DNA of 64,000 nt. Source: an uncultured bacterium. Its GTDB lineage: Bacteria > Patescibacteriota > Minisyncoccia > Phycocordibacterales > PALSA-1337. The notes under the pieces are model-generated. The model made no database searches. It saw only the letters and a list, made by a program, of their open reading frames with translations, and was not told the origin of the DNA. Every line of letters begins with the position of its first letter. Within the stretch, counting starts at the first letter, position 1. The translations under genes were made by a program, and so were the position numbers. Shown in pieces: positions 17,154-26,563 of the stretch. Where the stretch lies: NCBI GenBank assembly GCA_963701025.1, contig OY969557.1:506042-570041 (forward strand), read 5' to 3'.

Positions 17154-17215
17154 CTTGAGCGTTTCTTTATCAAATCTTAGGCGTTTTTTGATTACTTTTT
17201 GAGCGTTTCTTTATC
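17154..17215 (+). promoter_or_regulatory. Two direct repeats TTGAGCGTTTCTTTATC (17154-17171 and 17198-17215) upstream of the toxin gene; putative promoter/operator
   Basis: Direct repeats 44 nt apart. The second repeat lies 22 nt before the ATG. The same 17-mer recurs upstream of both comEC halves. Confidence 0.5.
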
Positions 17216-17236
17216 TCGATTTGATATGGTTAGAGG

Positions 17237-17545
17237 ATGAAAGTCATGCCGACAGAAGAAGTAGATGCCTTCATAGAGACCTGTGAGAAAAGGGTCCGTG
17301 CCAAAATCAGCAGACGTTTTCTAATGCTTGAAAAGTTTGGTCCTATGATCCGTATGCCTTATAGCAGATATATTCTCCCTGGAGTTTTTGAGCTTCGTAC
17401 AACAGGAAAAGACAACGTGCGGCTAGTTTATGCATTTATAAACGATAAGGCGGTCGTGTTCTATGCGTTTATAAAAAAGACCGAGGAGATAAGCGCCCAC
17501 GAGATAGGCTTAATAAAACAAAAGCTTAAGAACTTGCATTTATGA
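17237..17545 (+). CDS. Type II toxin, Gp49/RelE-like (HigB-like, DUF891 family)
   Basis: About 100 aa, toxin-first order, overlapping an XRE-HTH partner by ATGA. Confidence 0.6.
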   Translation: MKVMPTEEVDAFIETCEKRVRAKISRRFLMLEKFGPMIRMPYSRYILPGVFELRTTGKDNVRLVYAFINDKAVVFYAFIKKTEEISAHEIGLIKQKLKNLHL

Positions 17546-17847
17546 CTTATACGGCATATACTACCTTTATGAAAACAGTAAATTGGAGAGAGAGGCATGA
17601 GAAAGACATGGAAGACCCTGAATACAGAAGGGAGTGGGATGCTCTTGGGCTCGAATTCGATATTATCCACGCCATCATCCGCAAACGCATCAAGGACGAC
17701 ATGACCCAAGCCCAGTTGGCCAAAAAGATGCGCACCGGCCAGGCGACTATTTCGCGTTTGGAGTCTGGAACCTACAATCCTTCAGTGAAATTCCTTCGCA
17801 GACTGGCCAAGGCGTTAGACGCGGAGCTCACGATCAGGTTGGTGTGA
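17542..17847 (+). CDS. XRE-family HTH antitoxin (HigA-like)
   Basis: HTH motif (MTQAQLAKKMRTGQATISRLESG) and a 4-nt overlap with the upstream toxin. Confidence 0.7.
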   Translation: MTYTAYTTFMKTVNWRERHEKDMEDPEYRREWDALGLEFDIIHAIIRKRIKDDMTQAQLAKKMRTGQATISRLESGTYNPSVKFLRRLAKALDAELTIRLV

Positions 17848-17858
17848 TCTAAAATTAT

Positions 17859-18482
17859 TTAACCTACAATCTCCACCAGCGTTCCTCTCCTTCCCGGTAT
17901 CGCTCCGGCAACATACAGGATGTTCTCTTCCGGGTCAACGTGAGCGACCTTCAAGTTCTTGACGGTTATGCGATCAGAGCCCATGCGTCCGGCCATGCGC
18001 ATACCAGTCGGCACGCGGTTGCGCAGGCCGCCGCCGATCGAGCCCGGTTCGCGCTCGCTGTGCTTTTGGCCGTGGGAGCGCGGGCCTCCGTGGAAGCCGT
18101 GACGCTTGACCACGCCTTGGAAGCCCTTGCCTTTGGACACTGCTGAAACGACGACCACATCGCCTGCTTTGAACTGTGAAAGCTCTATCTTGTCGCCGAC
18201 CTTAAAAGAAGGAGTTGGGAGTAAGGAGGAAGGAGAAAGACGGAATTCCGACAGGGCGGCAAAGCTTCCAAGGTCTTTCCATTGGCCCTTTTGCGCCTTG
18301 TTGACGCGAACAGGATTGCGCGAACCTTCACCCACCTGGACAGCTTCATAGCCGTCGGCTTCCTTGGTCCTGACTTGGGTGACGATATTCCCGCGGGCGG
18401 CAACGAGCGTAACCGGAATAGCCGCTCCGGAGGCGTCGTAGATCTGGGTCATGTTCAATTTTCTTCCGAGGATGAATTTCAT
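17859..18482 (-). CDS. rplC: 50S ribosomal protein L3
   Basis: Canonical uL3. Confidence 0.95.
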   Translation of the reverse strand: MKFILGRKLNMTQIYDASGAAIPVTLVAARGNIVTQVRTKEADGYEAVQVGEGSRNPVRVNKAQKGQWKDLGSFAALSEFRLSPSSLLPTPSFKVGDKIELSQFKAGDVVVVSAVSKGKGFQGVVKRHGFHGGPRSHGQKHSEREPGSIGGGLRNRVPTGMRMAGRMGSDRITVKNLKVAHVDPEENILYVAGAIPGRRGTLVEIVG

Positions 18483-18494
18483 TGGAATATGTAA

Positions 18495-18529
18495 TGCGAA
18501 TCTACAAATAGTATCCGAATGCCACGAAT
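18495..18529 (-). promoter_or_regulatory. 35-nt promoter-like element upstream of rplC; near-identical copy upstream of rpsL
   Basis: 33 of 35 positions are identical to 30832-30866. On the coding strand it reads cATTCGGAtactatttgtagattcgCATTAC, i.e. a -35-like box, a 17-nt spacer, a -10-like box, then about 11 nt to the ATG. Confidence 0.5.
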
Positions 18530-18568
18530 TCGTAGCATTAGTGCGTATTCGCAGATTCGGATTATGCT

Positions 18569-18988
18569 CTACATCATCTTGACGTCGATGTTCACTCCCG
18601 ATGGCAAGCTCAAGTTCGTGAGAGCTTCGATGACTTTCGGGTTCGGGTTGATGATATCGATGAGCCGCTTGTGTACTCGCATCTCGAACTGCTCGCGGGC
18701 GTTCTTGTCGATGAAAGACGAACGGTTGACGGTGTATTTCTTGATCTCCGTTGGCAATGGCACCGGACCGAGGATTTCGACGTCATAACGCGACGCGGTA
18801 TCCATGATCTGGCGCAGGCTGGCATCCAGGATCTTGTGCTCGTAGGCACGAACGCGGATGCGCAAGTGAGGCAGGGCGCCTTCAGGCTTGGCCTTCTTGG
18901 CCCGGGGTGCTTTCAGCGCCGAAGCCTTCGAGGCGACTGCCGGCTTTGAATGGACCTCCTTCTTGGTTGTGGTCTTGGCTGTAGGCAT
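18569..18988 (-). CDS. rpsJ: 30S ribosomal protein S10 with a roughly 40-aa Lys/Ala-rich N-terminal extension
   Basis: The uS10 core begins at LRIRVRAYEHK. It is preceded by an AK-rich tail. Confidence 0.9.
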   Translation of the reverse strand: MPTAKTTTKKEVHSKPAVASKASALKAPRAKKAKPEGALPHLRIRVRAYEHKILDASLRQIMDTASRYDVEILGPVPLPTEIKKYTVNRSSFIDKNAREQFEMRVHKRLIDIINPNPKVIEALTNLSLPSGVNIDVKMM

Positions 18989-19068
18989 GATATGTAATCC
19001 TAATCTACGAATCTCATCCGAATGCCGCGAATATTCGTTGTATTCGTGCGATTATTCGTAGATTCGCA

Positions 19069-20256
19069 TTAAGCAATGATCTTGGTGACCACTCCGGCAC
19101 CGACGGTCTTGCCTCCTTCACGGACGGCGAAACGCATCTTTTCCTCGAGGGCGACGGGCGCGACGAGCTTGACCTTGAAAGTGACGGTGTCGCCCGGCAT
19201 GACCATCTCGACCTTCTCGGCGAGGGTCACTTCTCCGGTGACGTCGGTGGTGCGGATATAGAACTGGGGCTTGTAGCCGGTGAAGAACGGGGTGTGGCGG
19301 CCTCCCTCTTCCTTCTTCAAGACGTAGACTTCAGACTCAAATTCGGTGTGAGGCTTGACGGAACCGGGCTTGGCCAATACCTGGCCGCGGGATACATCGT
19401 CCTTGGCGGTGCCGCGCAGAAGCACGCCGGCGTTGTCGCCCGCCATGCCTTCCTTCAGGGACTTGTTGAACATCTCGATGCCGGTCATGACGGTCTTGGT
19501 GGTGTCGCGGAAGCCGACGATCTCGACTTCCTCGCCGACCTTGACCTTTCCGCGCTCGATGCGGCCGGTCACGACCGTGCCGCGGCCTTCGATGGAGAAG
19601 ATGTCCTCGATCGGCATGAGGAACGGCTTGTCAGTCTCGCGAACGGGCTCGGGGATATAAGTGTCGAGGGCGGCCATGAGCTCGTCGATCTTGGCTGTCC
19701 ATTCGGCCTTGCCTTCGAGGGCGCCGGTGGCCGAACCGCGGATGACCGGGACATTCTTGCCGTCGAACTGGTTCTTGGTCAGGAGCTCGCGCACTTCCTC
19801 TTCGACCAGGTCGATGAGGTCTTTTTCCGGTACGATGTCGCACTTGTTGAGGAATACCACGATCTTCGGCACGCCAACCTGGCGGGCCAGAAGGACGTGC
19901 TCGCGGGTCTGCGGCATGACGCCGTCAGTGGCGGAAACGACCAAGATGGCCCCGTCCATCTGGGCGGCGCCGGTGATCATGTTCTTGATGAAGTCGGCGT
20001 GTCCCGGACAGTCGATGTGGGCGTAGTGGCGGGTCGGAGTCTCGTACTCGACGTGCGAGAGCGATATGGTAACGGTCTTGGTGGCATCGCGGACGGTGCC
20101 TCCTTTGGTGATGTCCGCGTAGGCCTTGACGTTGGCCAGGCCTTTCTTGGCCTGGACGGCCAAGATAGCGGCGGTCAAAGTCGACTTGCCGTGGTCGATG
20201 TGACCGATGGTGCCGACGTTGACGTGCGGCTTGGTGCGATTGAATTCTGCTGCCAT
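19069..20256 (-). CDS. tuf: Elongation factor Tu
   Basis: [16 protein letters not shown] and NKCD motifs. Full length, 395 aa. Confidence 0.98.
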   Translation of the reverse strand: MAAEFNRTKPHVNVGTIGHIDHGKSTLTAAILAVQAKKGLANVKAYADITKGGTVRDATKTVTISLSHVEYETPTRHYAHIDCPGHADFIKNMITGAAQMDGAILVVSATDGVMPQTREHVLLARQVGVPKIVVFLNKCDIVPEKDLIDLVEEEVRELLTKNQFDGKNVPVIRGSATGALEGKAEWTAKIDELMAALDTYIPEPVRETDKPFLMPIEDIFSIEGRGTVVTGRIERGKVKVGEEVEIVGFRDTTKTVMTGIEMFNKSLKEGMAGDNAGVLLRGTAKDDVSRGQVLAKPGSVKPHTEFESEVYVLKKEEGGRHTPFFTGYKPQFYIRTTDVTGEVTLAEKVEMVMPGDTVTFKVKLVAPVALEEKMRFAVREGGKTVGAGVVTKIIA

Positions 20257-20447
20257 AGTATTTGCTTAGTGCTTTGGCTTGTGGCGCGTGGTCCGCAGGT
20301 AAGCGGGCGAAGCGTCAAGAGCCAAAGATAATGTTGTTAATAGTTAATAAAGCGCCGGGTAGGCGTATGGGGAAGAGCATAGCATATGCCCCAAAAACGC
20401 GCAAATCTTCTGAGTACACCCGCTTTAGTTGACTAAAGCGCCTTATA

Positions 20448-21902
20448 TTATTGGACGATATTGAACACTCCATCGCTCGAATCGCAATTACTTGTGCCTG
20501 ATTGACAGATCTGGACGCTATATTGGCCGTCGGGAACGGTACCGACGTCACCGGTTCCACCATTACCATTTATATTACTGTATTGGCCCACATCCCAACT
20601 ATATGAATCCTGGTTGATTGCTATGCCTGTAGCTATCGTATATGGCGCGAGCATATACATCGGACACATCGAACCGGCCGGGCACGGTGCTTGATACGGC
20701 ACGAGCTTCAAGTCAGCCGTCGTTGCGGCGAAATAATACGGCGATGTCCAGACGATATTCTGCGTCGTTCCACGCGCCCACGCTTCTCCGCCGTTGGGAG
20801 AGATTATTCTCAAAGGACTAACCGCCGTTGAACCGGTGACATTGACCGTCGAGGTCGTTTGAGCTTGCAGACCCGCATTATCCCTGACAGTGAAAGTGAT
20901 CATGTATGTGCCTGGGTTCGAATAGACGTGAGTGAAGGAAGTACTCTGGATGAAAGCCATCGCCATAGCAGGAGTGGCGCAGGTCGCCGGATAGTTGCAA
21001 TTCGGCGAATCTCCCCAATTCACGGAATAACTCAATACCCCATTGGCCGGATCGCTGGCGTGAATAGTCCATGTGCCCGTCTGATTGACAGAGAGCGACG
21101 TCGGCGCATCTATGCCGCTAATGACCGGCGTTTGACCATTCGTTACCCCATTCGTAGTGATCGTGAAATAATTATCGCTGTCATCGCACTGCGAACCATT
21201 CGTGAGACAAATCTGGATCTTGTATTGGCCAGAGGCTATTGGCGTCATTTGATCAGGACAAGATGTCGCGAACGCATCACATGGTATTGCCAAAGGTACT
21301 GAATTTCCAACATTCCAGGCATACGAATCAGAACCAAGGTTGACCCCGCTCGCAATAGTCAGAGGCGCACGCACCGCGATCATGCATCTGATCGGCTGAC
21401 CGGGCTCCGCACAGGCCGGCACAGGAAATTCAAGTCTGATGTCTCCCGTCTGATTGAGCGCGCCCGGCGTGCCGGTCCACGTGATGTACTGCGTCGTTCC
21501 GGTTTGCCACGTCTCGCCGCCATTTGGCGAAATGACTCGGAGAAAATCGGTCGGATTGTTATCGTTGTTACCGCCGCCGTTCAATATCTGGCGGGTCAAG
21601 GGCCCAAAGAAGCCGAAGGCCGGAAGACTGACGGATGTCTGATATCTGATGAGAGCGGCTTTGGTCTGCGAGCCGAAGTAGCCTTTTGCGGCACTGCCGG
21701 AACTGATGGCCGGTATGTCATAGCCGTTCGAGATGAGCCACGTCTGGAGATTGACCACATCCTGCCCGGAACTGCCGACGGTTAAGTTGTTCGAGAATGT
21801 GTAGTCTTGGGCATAGACGCTCGATTTGGCGCCGGCGACAAGGGCGATAGCGATAATGGCAATGGCAACGGCAATGGCGGTAAAAATGAGATATTTTTTC
21901 AT
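20448..21902 (-). CDS. Secreted surface protein with N-terminal PG_binding_1-like domain, repeated beta-sandwich modules (ISPNGGE.W..GTTQ.I.W) and a PKD-like domain
   Basis: Probable start MKKYLIFTAIAVAIAIIAIALVAG (signal/TM); the ORF is open to 22007. PG-binding pattern LTVGSSGQDVVNLQTWLISNGY...FGPLTRQIL. PKD-like segment YSVNWGDSP. Confidence 0.7.
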   Translation of the reverse strand: MKKYLIFTAIAVAIAIIAIALVAGAKSSVYAQDYTFSNNLTVGSSGQDVVNLQTWLISNGYDIPAISSGSAAKGYFGSQTKAALIRYQTSVSLPAFGFFGPLTRQILNGGGNNDNNPTDFLRVISPNGGETWQTGTTQYITWTGTPGALNQTGDIRLEFPVPACAEPGQPIRCMIAVRAPLTIASGVNLGSDSYAWNVGNSVPLAIPCDAFATSCPDQMTPIASGQYKIQICLTNGSQCDDSDNYFTITTNGVTNGQTPVISGIDAPTSLSVNQTGTWTIHASDPANGVLSYSVNWGDSPNCNYPATCATPAMAMAFIQSTSFTHVYSNPGTYMITFTVRDNAGLQAQTTSTVNVTGSTAVSPLRIISPNGGEAWARGTTQNIVWTSPYYFAATTADLKLVPYQAPCPAGSMCPMYMLAPYTIATGIAINQDSYSWDVGQYSNINGNGGTGDVGTVPDGQYSVQICQSGTSNCDSSDGVFNIVQ

Positions 21903-22023
21903 GCTGATGATGACGGATGAAATGGATAATTGTTTCAGACCAATGATAGCTCCTAATCGCCAAAATAGGAAGAGAAAACCGCCCCGAGGAGGGCGGCTTT
22001 CTGACACAAGAGCTTATTCGCTA

Positions 22024-25000
22024 TTAATGAGTCGCGTACCACTGATTGACCGCCGCATTGACGGCGTCCCAGATGGAGGCGGTGTAGTTTGTTTGCGGCA
22101 ACAAGGCCGTCGCGCTCACTCGAAGTCCGCTAAGCCCTTGGGTAATGGAACTCGCTTGAAGGCTGCTCGGGCTCGTTCCGTAATTTATCTGGTTGACCTG
22201 GAAAGAGGAGAAGCCTGCAGTGCCCGAAGACATGATCGTGCCATTGTAGGTGAACTGACGAGATGAACCGGCGGGGATGACGTAAGAACCATTGCTAGCT
22301 GTCGGATTGGTATCACCGGACAGGTTACCCGGGTTCGTTATAACGCCGGCAATAGGTAGATTCAGTGTGGCAGGTCCTGTGTTCGTGATACCGAGGGATG
22401 TGGACGGATTTGAACTGATATATATGGTGCTGTTAGCGGCAGTAAGCGTGAAGGAGTAGCTGACGTTATAACCAGTGGTGATAGCGACGCCACCGACATT
22501 GCTCGTGATCGGCGAACCGAGGACGGCTGATGTATTGCTGACTTGGACCACACTAGAGACGAATGTGATGGGGCTCCCGCTAAGATTTGCATTTGTCACT
22601 TGGACGGTATTGTACGACTGATCCACGATCACAACATTCGAGTTATTAGCCGCAAGGCTTACCGTAGCGCTGGAACCGTTTAGGGCACCACTTGAATCAG
22701 CGGCAACTGTACCAGAGATGGTGACCGGAATATTGCTACTAGCCGGCAACGGGATACTGATATTGGTGAACGAAACAGACGAACCATTGATAGAGCTTGC
22801 CGAGTAAGTGAGGCCGCCAGCCTTGACCTGGATATCGGAGAATAGGCTAGAAACGGAAGCGCCAGTCGTGTTTATGTTCACATTGAGAGAGTTGAGGGTA
22901 GCGGGTGCGTTCTGGACATTGATGTCGAAGACAGCGAGAGGAACATTATTAGTCTGGGCCGTGGTCGATATTTGTACCATGCCCGCAAGCGGCGAGGAGG
23001 CGTCAAGCGAGAGGGTGGCCGTTGCGGGATTGTTGGTATTTCCAGAAGTTACAGTGAAGGAATTAGACATGGCTTGAGCGCAGGAATAATTCGTACATGG
23101 GGCACCTTGATTGGTACGCTGAACAACCTGTACAAAATAAGATCCTGCTGGAACACTAGAAGGGATAATGAATGATACCGTCTGTTGATTTCCACTTATG
23201 CCAGTTACATTACCGAGTGCATAGATTGGTGATCCCTCTCCTCCAGCATAATCCAGGTTAATCAGATATTGATCTCCCTGTGATGGATTAGAGAACGTGA
23301 CACTCAACTGACTGCCAACTTGAAAAGTTTGTCCTCCTGTTGGAGACACGATACCTACACTTGGTGCATTACCAGTTATAGTCACGTTAAATTCTCCACA
23401 GCTTGTTGTGCTTATGTATGCGCCCGCAGGACAAACAGCTATAGTATATGTACCGTTTGGAATGTTAGAGATCCCTTTCCAATTACCTGATGCTGAGCCG
23501 ACATTCCACTGGAACCAACCACTATTCGGGTACGATGAGGCGAATGGATAATAAGTACTTCCAATCTCAAGATAAATATCGACGGTGGATACATTTCCAG
23601 AAGATGTCCATGTCCATGATCCAAGAGTGGATTGTTGCCAAGTGACACTACTTGAAGGAGAGGTGATTTTGATAGATGACTGGGTGGTCGTCACGGTCAC
23701 CGGCGCGGGAGTGATCGATGAAGCCGGAATCTGCGCCGTCAGAGACGTTCCATCGGTGAATTGGACATAGAGAGTACCACCGGGGAATTGCGAGCGTTCC
23801 GGCTGGCCGTACATGGACAATGTGTGCGTTCCGGCCGTGAAGGATAGCGGTACGTCATAGCTGTGGTTAAGCTGGACGCCATTCTCGTATATCACCAACG
23901 GATAGAGTCCGAAGGCCGATCCGGTGAACCAGCGTTCCCAATTATTACCGTCAGACAGATATATCCATTGAGCGGTCTTCGCCGTCGGCAGAGTCATGAC
24001 GGCGGTCCAATCCCAATCGTTCGAGGTGAAGCCTGTGCCGTTCGACGTGCCCGGTCCGAGAATGCCATATGTGCCGGCCATGTCGCTCGAAGCGCTGGCT
24101 ACGTAAGCATATAGGGATCCCTGCGACTGCGTGGTAGACGGAGCCGGGGCCGGAAAACCGGTTTGATAGGAGCAGGTATAGCCAGCGGGACATGATGGGG
24201 TCGTATTCGTGCTTCCAACCTGTACCGAAGCGCTCGTATGCGCGGTCAGGCCGGCGGCATTTTGAACAGTAAAGACGACATTGTAAGTTCCGGCCATTTT
24301 GTAGACATGACTGAAAGTCGATGTCTGGACGGATGAGCTCTTCATCGCGGAAGGTGTTAGCGCTTCGACGATGGTATCGCCCCAATTGACCGAGTAGGTC
24401 AATGAGCCATTCTGCGGATCGGACGCATTGACCGTCCACGTGCCCATCTGGCCGACATTGAGAGATGTCGGGAATGTGCCGCCGGAGATGACGGGGGGTT
24501 GAGGAGCAGTAGTCTGCGCCAGCGTGATCGTGAAATAATTGTCGCTCGAGTCATGGATCCCTATGACTGCAGGATTGCCATAATCGGAAGCCAACAGGAC
24601 TTTATATTGCCCGGCAATGATGGTTCTCGGAATATTGGTACATTGATAATTCTTACCGAGAGTAGCCGTGAAATAACCTTGGCTGACCGGAGCGCTTCCT
24701 AACAAGCATGTTCCACCATCAGCAAAATTAAGGTAGACATACACATTCCCTGTGAGACCTGATGATATCCATGTCGTCCTAAAATCTACATTTTTCACAC
24801 CGAGACTTATTTGTTCCCCTCCATTGGGATAGGTAACGGTGATGGAAGGCTGGGTGGTGCCTAATGGATTAACAACAAGACTACCGGTCGTTAACTTATT
24901 ATTGTTCGAGTCATACACATAAACCGTGTATTGACCGATAGCAAGCGCCGGCGATACAGTCACTGACCAATTACCGTTTATGACTGAAATCAAACCGCTA

Positions 25001-26340
25001 CCATATATCTTGTCACCGCCATTGCTCCCACTTAAAACAATTCCGACTTGAGTCGTACCATTAGCTGTACCCGATATAGTGGGTGTCAAAGAAGTGGTCT
25101 GCACGCTACTGGTGATAGTGGCAGATGATTGAGTTTGCACGCCACCGAATGTCACCGTGACTTGGAGACTTTGCAGGCCGGAGGTGATAGAGTACCCATT
25201 AACATTGTTTGGATTTGTACTGTAATTGATATCTGCAACCTGAACAATATTGGCTCCGCCAACCGTAGCGGAAGCACTACTCACCGTACCGTTAAATGTA
25301 AACTGGCGTGAAGCGCCCGGAGGAATCATCCAGTAGCTCGATGTGTCGCCAGCCAAAGAGGCTGGGTTCGCCATTATAGCACCTTTATCTGGGCTTGCAT
25401 TCCCATTCTTACTGGCAAAGTCAAGCATTATCGCGCTGGTGAGATATATCGGACTATTCCCTGCCGTCAGGGTGAAGGCAAAAGTAACTGGATAACTTGA
25501 GATGATTCCATTGGTTCCAACAGTAGGTGATCCAAGTGAAGCAGATGTATTGCTGACTTGAACACCGTTGTTGCTGACGGTAGAAGACGCTAGAGTGAAG
25601 TTATTACTTAAACCTTTTATAACAATAAATCCTTTCTCGTTATTAGTATTTACAGGCACGATTACGTGTGCCTCGATGTCTACTTCATATTGGCCTGGAG
25701 AAATTGGATATCCTTGCACGATCTCCGGCAGAGTAGTGTTCCAAGAAAATTGTCCGCTGCTTGCATTCAGACCGCTTGCAATCTCATCCACAATGACACC
25801 ATTAGCACTATTAACAAGATATATATACGTCTCAGAGTTAGAGGGAATATTTTGTGTCGACCATTGAATTGTAAAATTCTGACCTTGTGTAATAGTCTCT
25901 CCTCCTTTTGGATTCACAACCGTTACCGACGATTGTGTCGGATTCGTCGTTGTGCACGATCCATTGAGCGCGGCGCGAGTCAGGGCTCCGAAATATCCGG
26001 TAGCCGGGATGCCAACGCTGGCCTGATATTTGGCCACAGCGCCGGCGGTCTGGTAGCTGTAGACGCCTCTCTGCTGGCGGCCGGAAGACAAAGCCGGGAT
26101 ATCGAAACCGTTGCCCAAAAGCCACGTCTGCAAAGCGACGACGTCAGGACCCCTGCTGCCTATGGTCAGGTTAGTCGACCAGACATAGCAGGAAGAAGCT
26201 CCTCCGCCCCCACCGCCTACCGACACGGGAGTCGATATCGGCGCAATGACTTGGGCTTGTACCGAGACATACGAAAAAGCAACGATCGCGAGAGAGAATG
26301 CCGCGACCGGAACGACGAGCGAGAACAAGGCTCTTTTCAT
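22024..26340 (-). CDS. Giant secreted surface protein (1438 aa) with N-terminal PG_binding_1-like domain, long Ser/Thr/Asn-rich beta-repeat region and a PKD-like domain
   Basis: Signal peptide. PG-binding pattern (GSRGPDVVALQTWLLGNGF...GYFGALTRAAL). YSVNWGDT PKD-like motif. Paralogous architecture to the 20448-21902 gene. Confidence 0.75.
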   Translation of the reverse strand: MKRALFSLVVPVAAFSLAIVAFSYVSVQAQVIAPISTPVSVGGGGGGASSCYVWSTNLTIGSRGPDVVALQTWLLGNGFDIPALSSGRQQRGVYSYQTAGAVAKYQASVGIPATGYFGALTRAALNGSCTTTNPTQSSVTVVNPKGGETITQGQNFTIQWSTQNIPSNSETYIYLVNSANGVIVDEIASGLNASSGQFSWNTTLPEIVQGYPISPGQYEVDIEAHVIVPVNTNNEKGFIVIKGLSNNFTLASSTVSNNGVQVSNTSASLGSPTVGTNGIISSYPVTFAFTLTAGNSPIYLTSAIMLDFASKNGNASPDKGAIMANPASLAGDTSSYWMIPPGASRQFTFNGTVSSASATVGGANIVQVADINYSTNPNNVNGYSITSGLQSLQVTVTFGGVQTQSSATITSSVQTTSLTPTISGTANGTTQVGIVLSGSNGGDKIYGSGLISVINGNWSVTVSPALAIGQYTVYVYDSNNNKLTTGSLVVNPLGTTQPSITVTYPNGGEQISLGVKNVDFRTTWISSGLTGNVYVYLNFADGGTCLLGSAPVSQGYFTATLGKNYQCTNIPRTIIAGQYKVLLASDYGNPAVIGIHDSSDNYFTITLAQTTAPQPPVISGGTFPTSLNVGQMGTWTVNASDPQNGSLTYSVNWGDTIVEALTPSAMKSSSVQTSTFSHVYKMAGTYNVVFTVQNAAGLTAHTSASVQVGSTNTTPSCPAGYTCSYQTGFPAPAPSTTQSQGSLYAYVASASSDMAGTYGILGPGTSNGTGFTSNDWDWTAVMTLPTAKTAQWIYLSDGNNWERWFTGSAFGLYPLVIYENGVQLNHSYDVPLSFTAGTHTLSMYGQPERSQFPGGTLYVQFTDGTSLTAQIPASSITPAPVTVTTTQSSIKITSPSSSVTWQQSTLGSWTWTSSGNVSTVDIYLEIGSTYYPFASSYPNSGWFQWNVGSASGNWKGISNIPNGTYTIAVCPAGAYISTTSCGEFNVTITGNAPSVGIVSPTGGQTFQVGSQLSVTFSNPSQGDQYLINLDYAGGEGSPIYALGNVTGISGNQQTVSFIIPSSVPAGSYFVQVVQRTNQGAPCTNYSCAQAMSNSFTVTSGNTNNPATATLSLDASSPLAGMVQISTTAQTNNVPLAVFDINVQNAPATLNSLNVNINTTGASVSSLFSDIQVKAGGLTYSASSINGSSVSFTNISIPLPASSNIPVTISGTVAADSSGALNGSSATVSLAANNSNVVIVDQSYNTVQVTNANLSGSPITFVSSVVQVSNTSAVLGSPITSNVGGVAITTGYNVSYSFTLTAANSTIYISSNPSTSLGITNTGPATLNLPIAGVITNPGNLSGDTNPTASNGSYVIPAGSSRQFTYNGTIMSSGTAGFSSFQVNQINYGTSPSSLQASSITQGLSGLRVSATALLPQTNYTASIWDAVNAAVNQWYATH

Positions 26341-26563
26341 GGTTTTGTGTGATTACTAGGCTGATTAATAGATAATGGACGATATCCAAATACTCATTCG
26401 AGTATACTCCTGCCCCCTGTTTTCACAATAGACGTTGTTAACACCGATGATACAAGGAGAAAGCGACGCTCGCCGTCAGGCAAACATCGCTTGGGTAGTG
26501 GAAACATTATAGCACCACAGCACCATTTGGGAAGGGTGGTTATCCACATGCAAAATTCTGTCT

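Noticed and set aside
19294-20331. 345-aa plus-strand ORF
   Set aside because: It is entirely antisense to tuf, a typical long spurious frame in GC-rich conserved genes.
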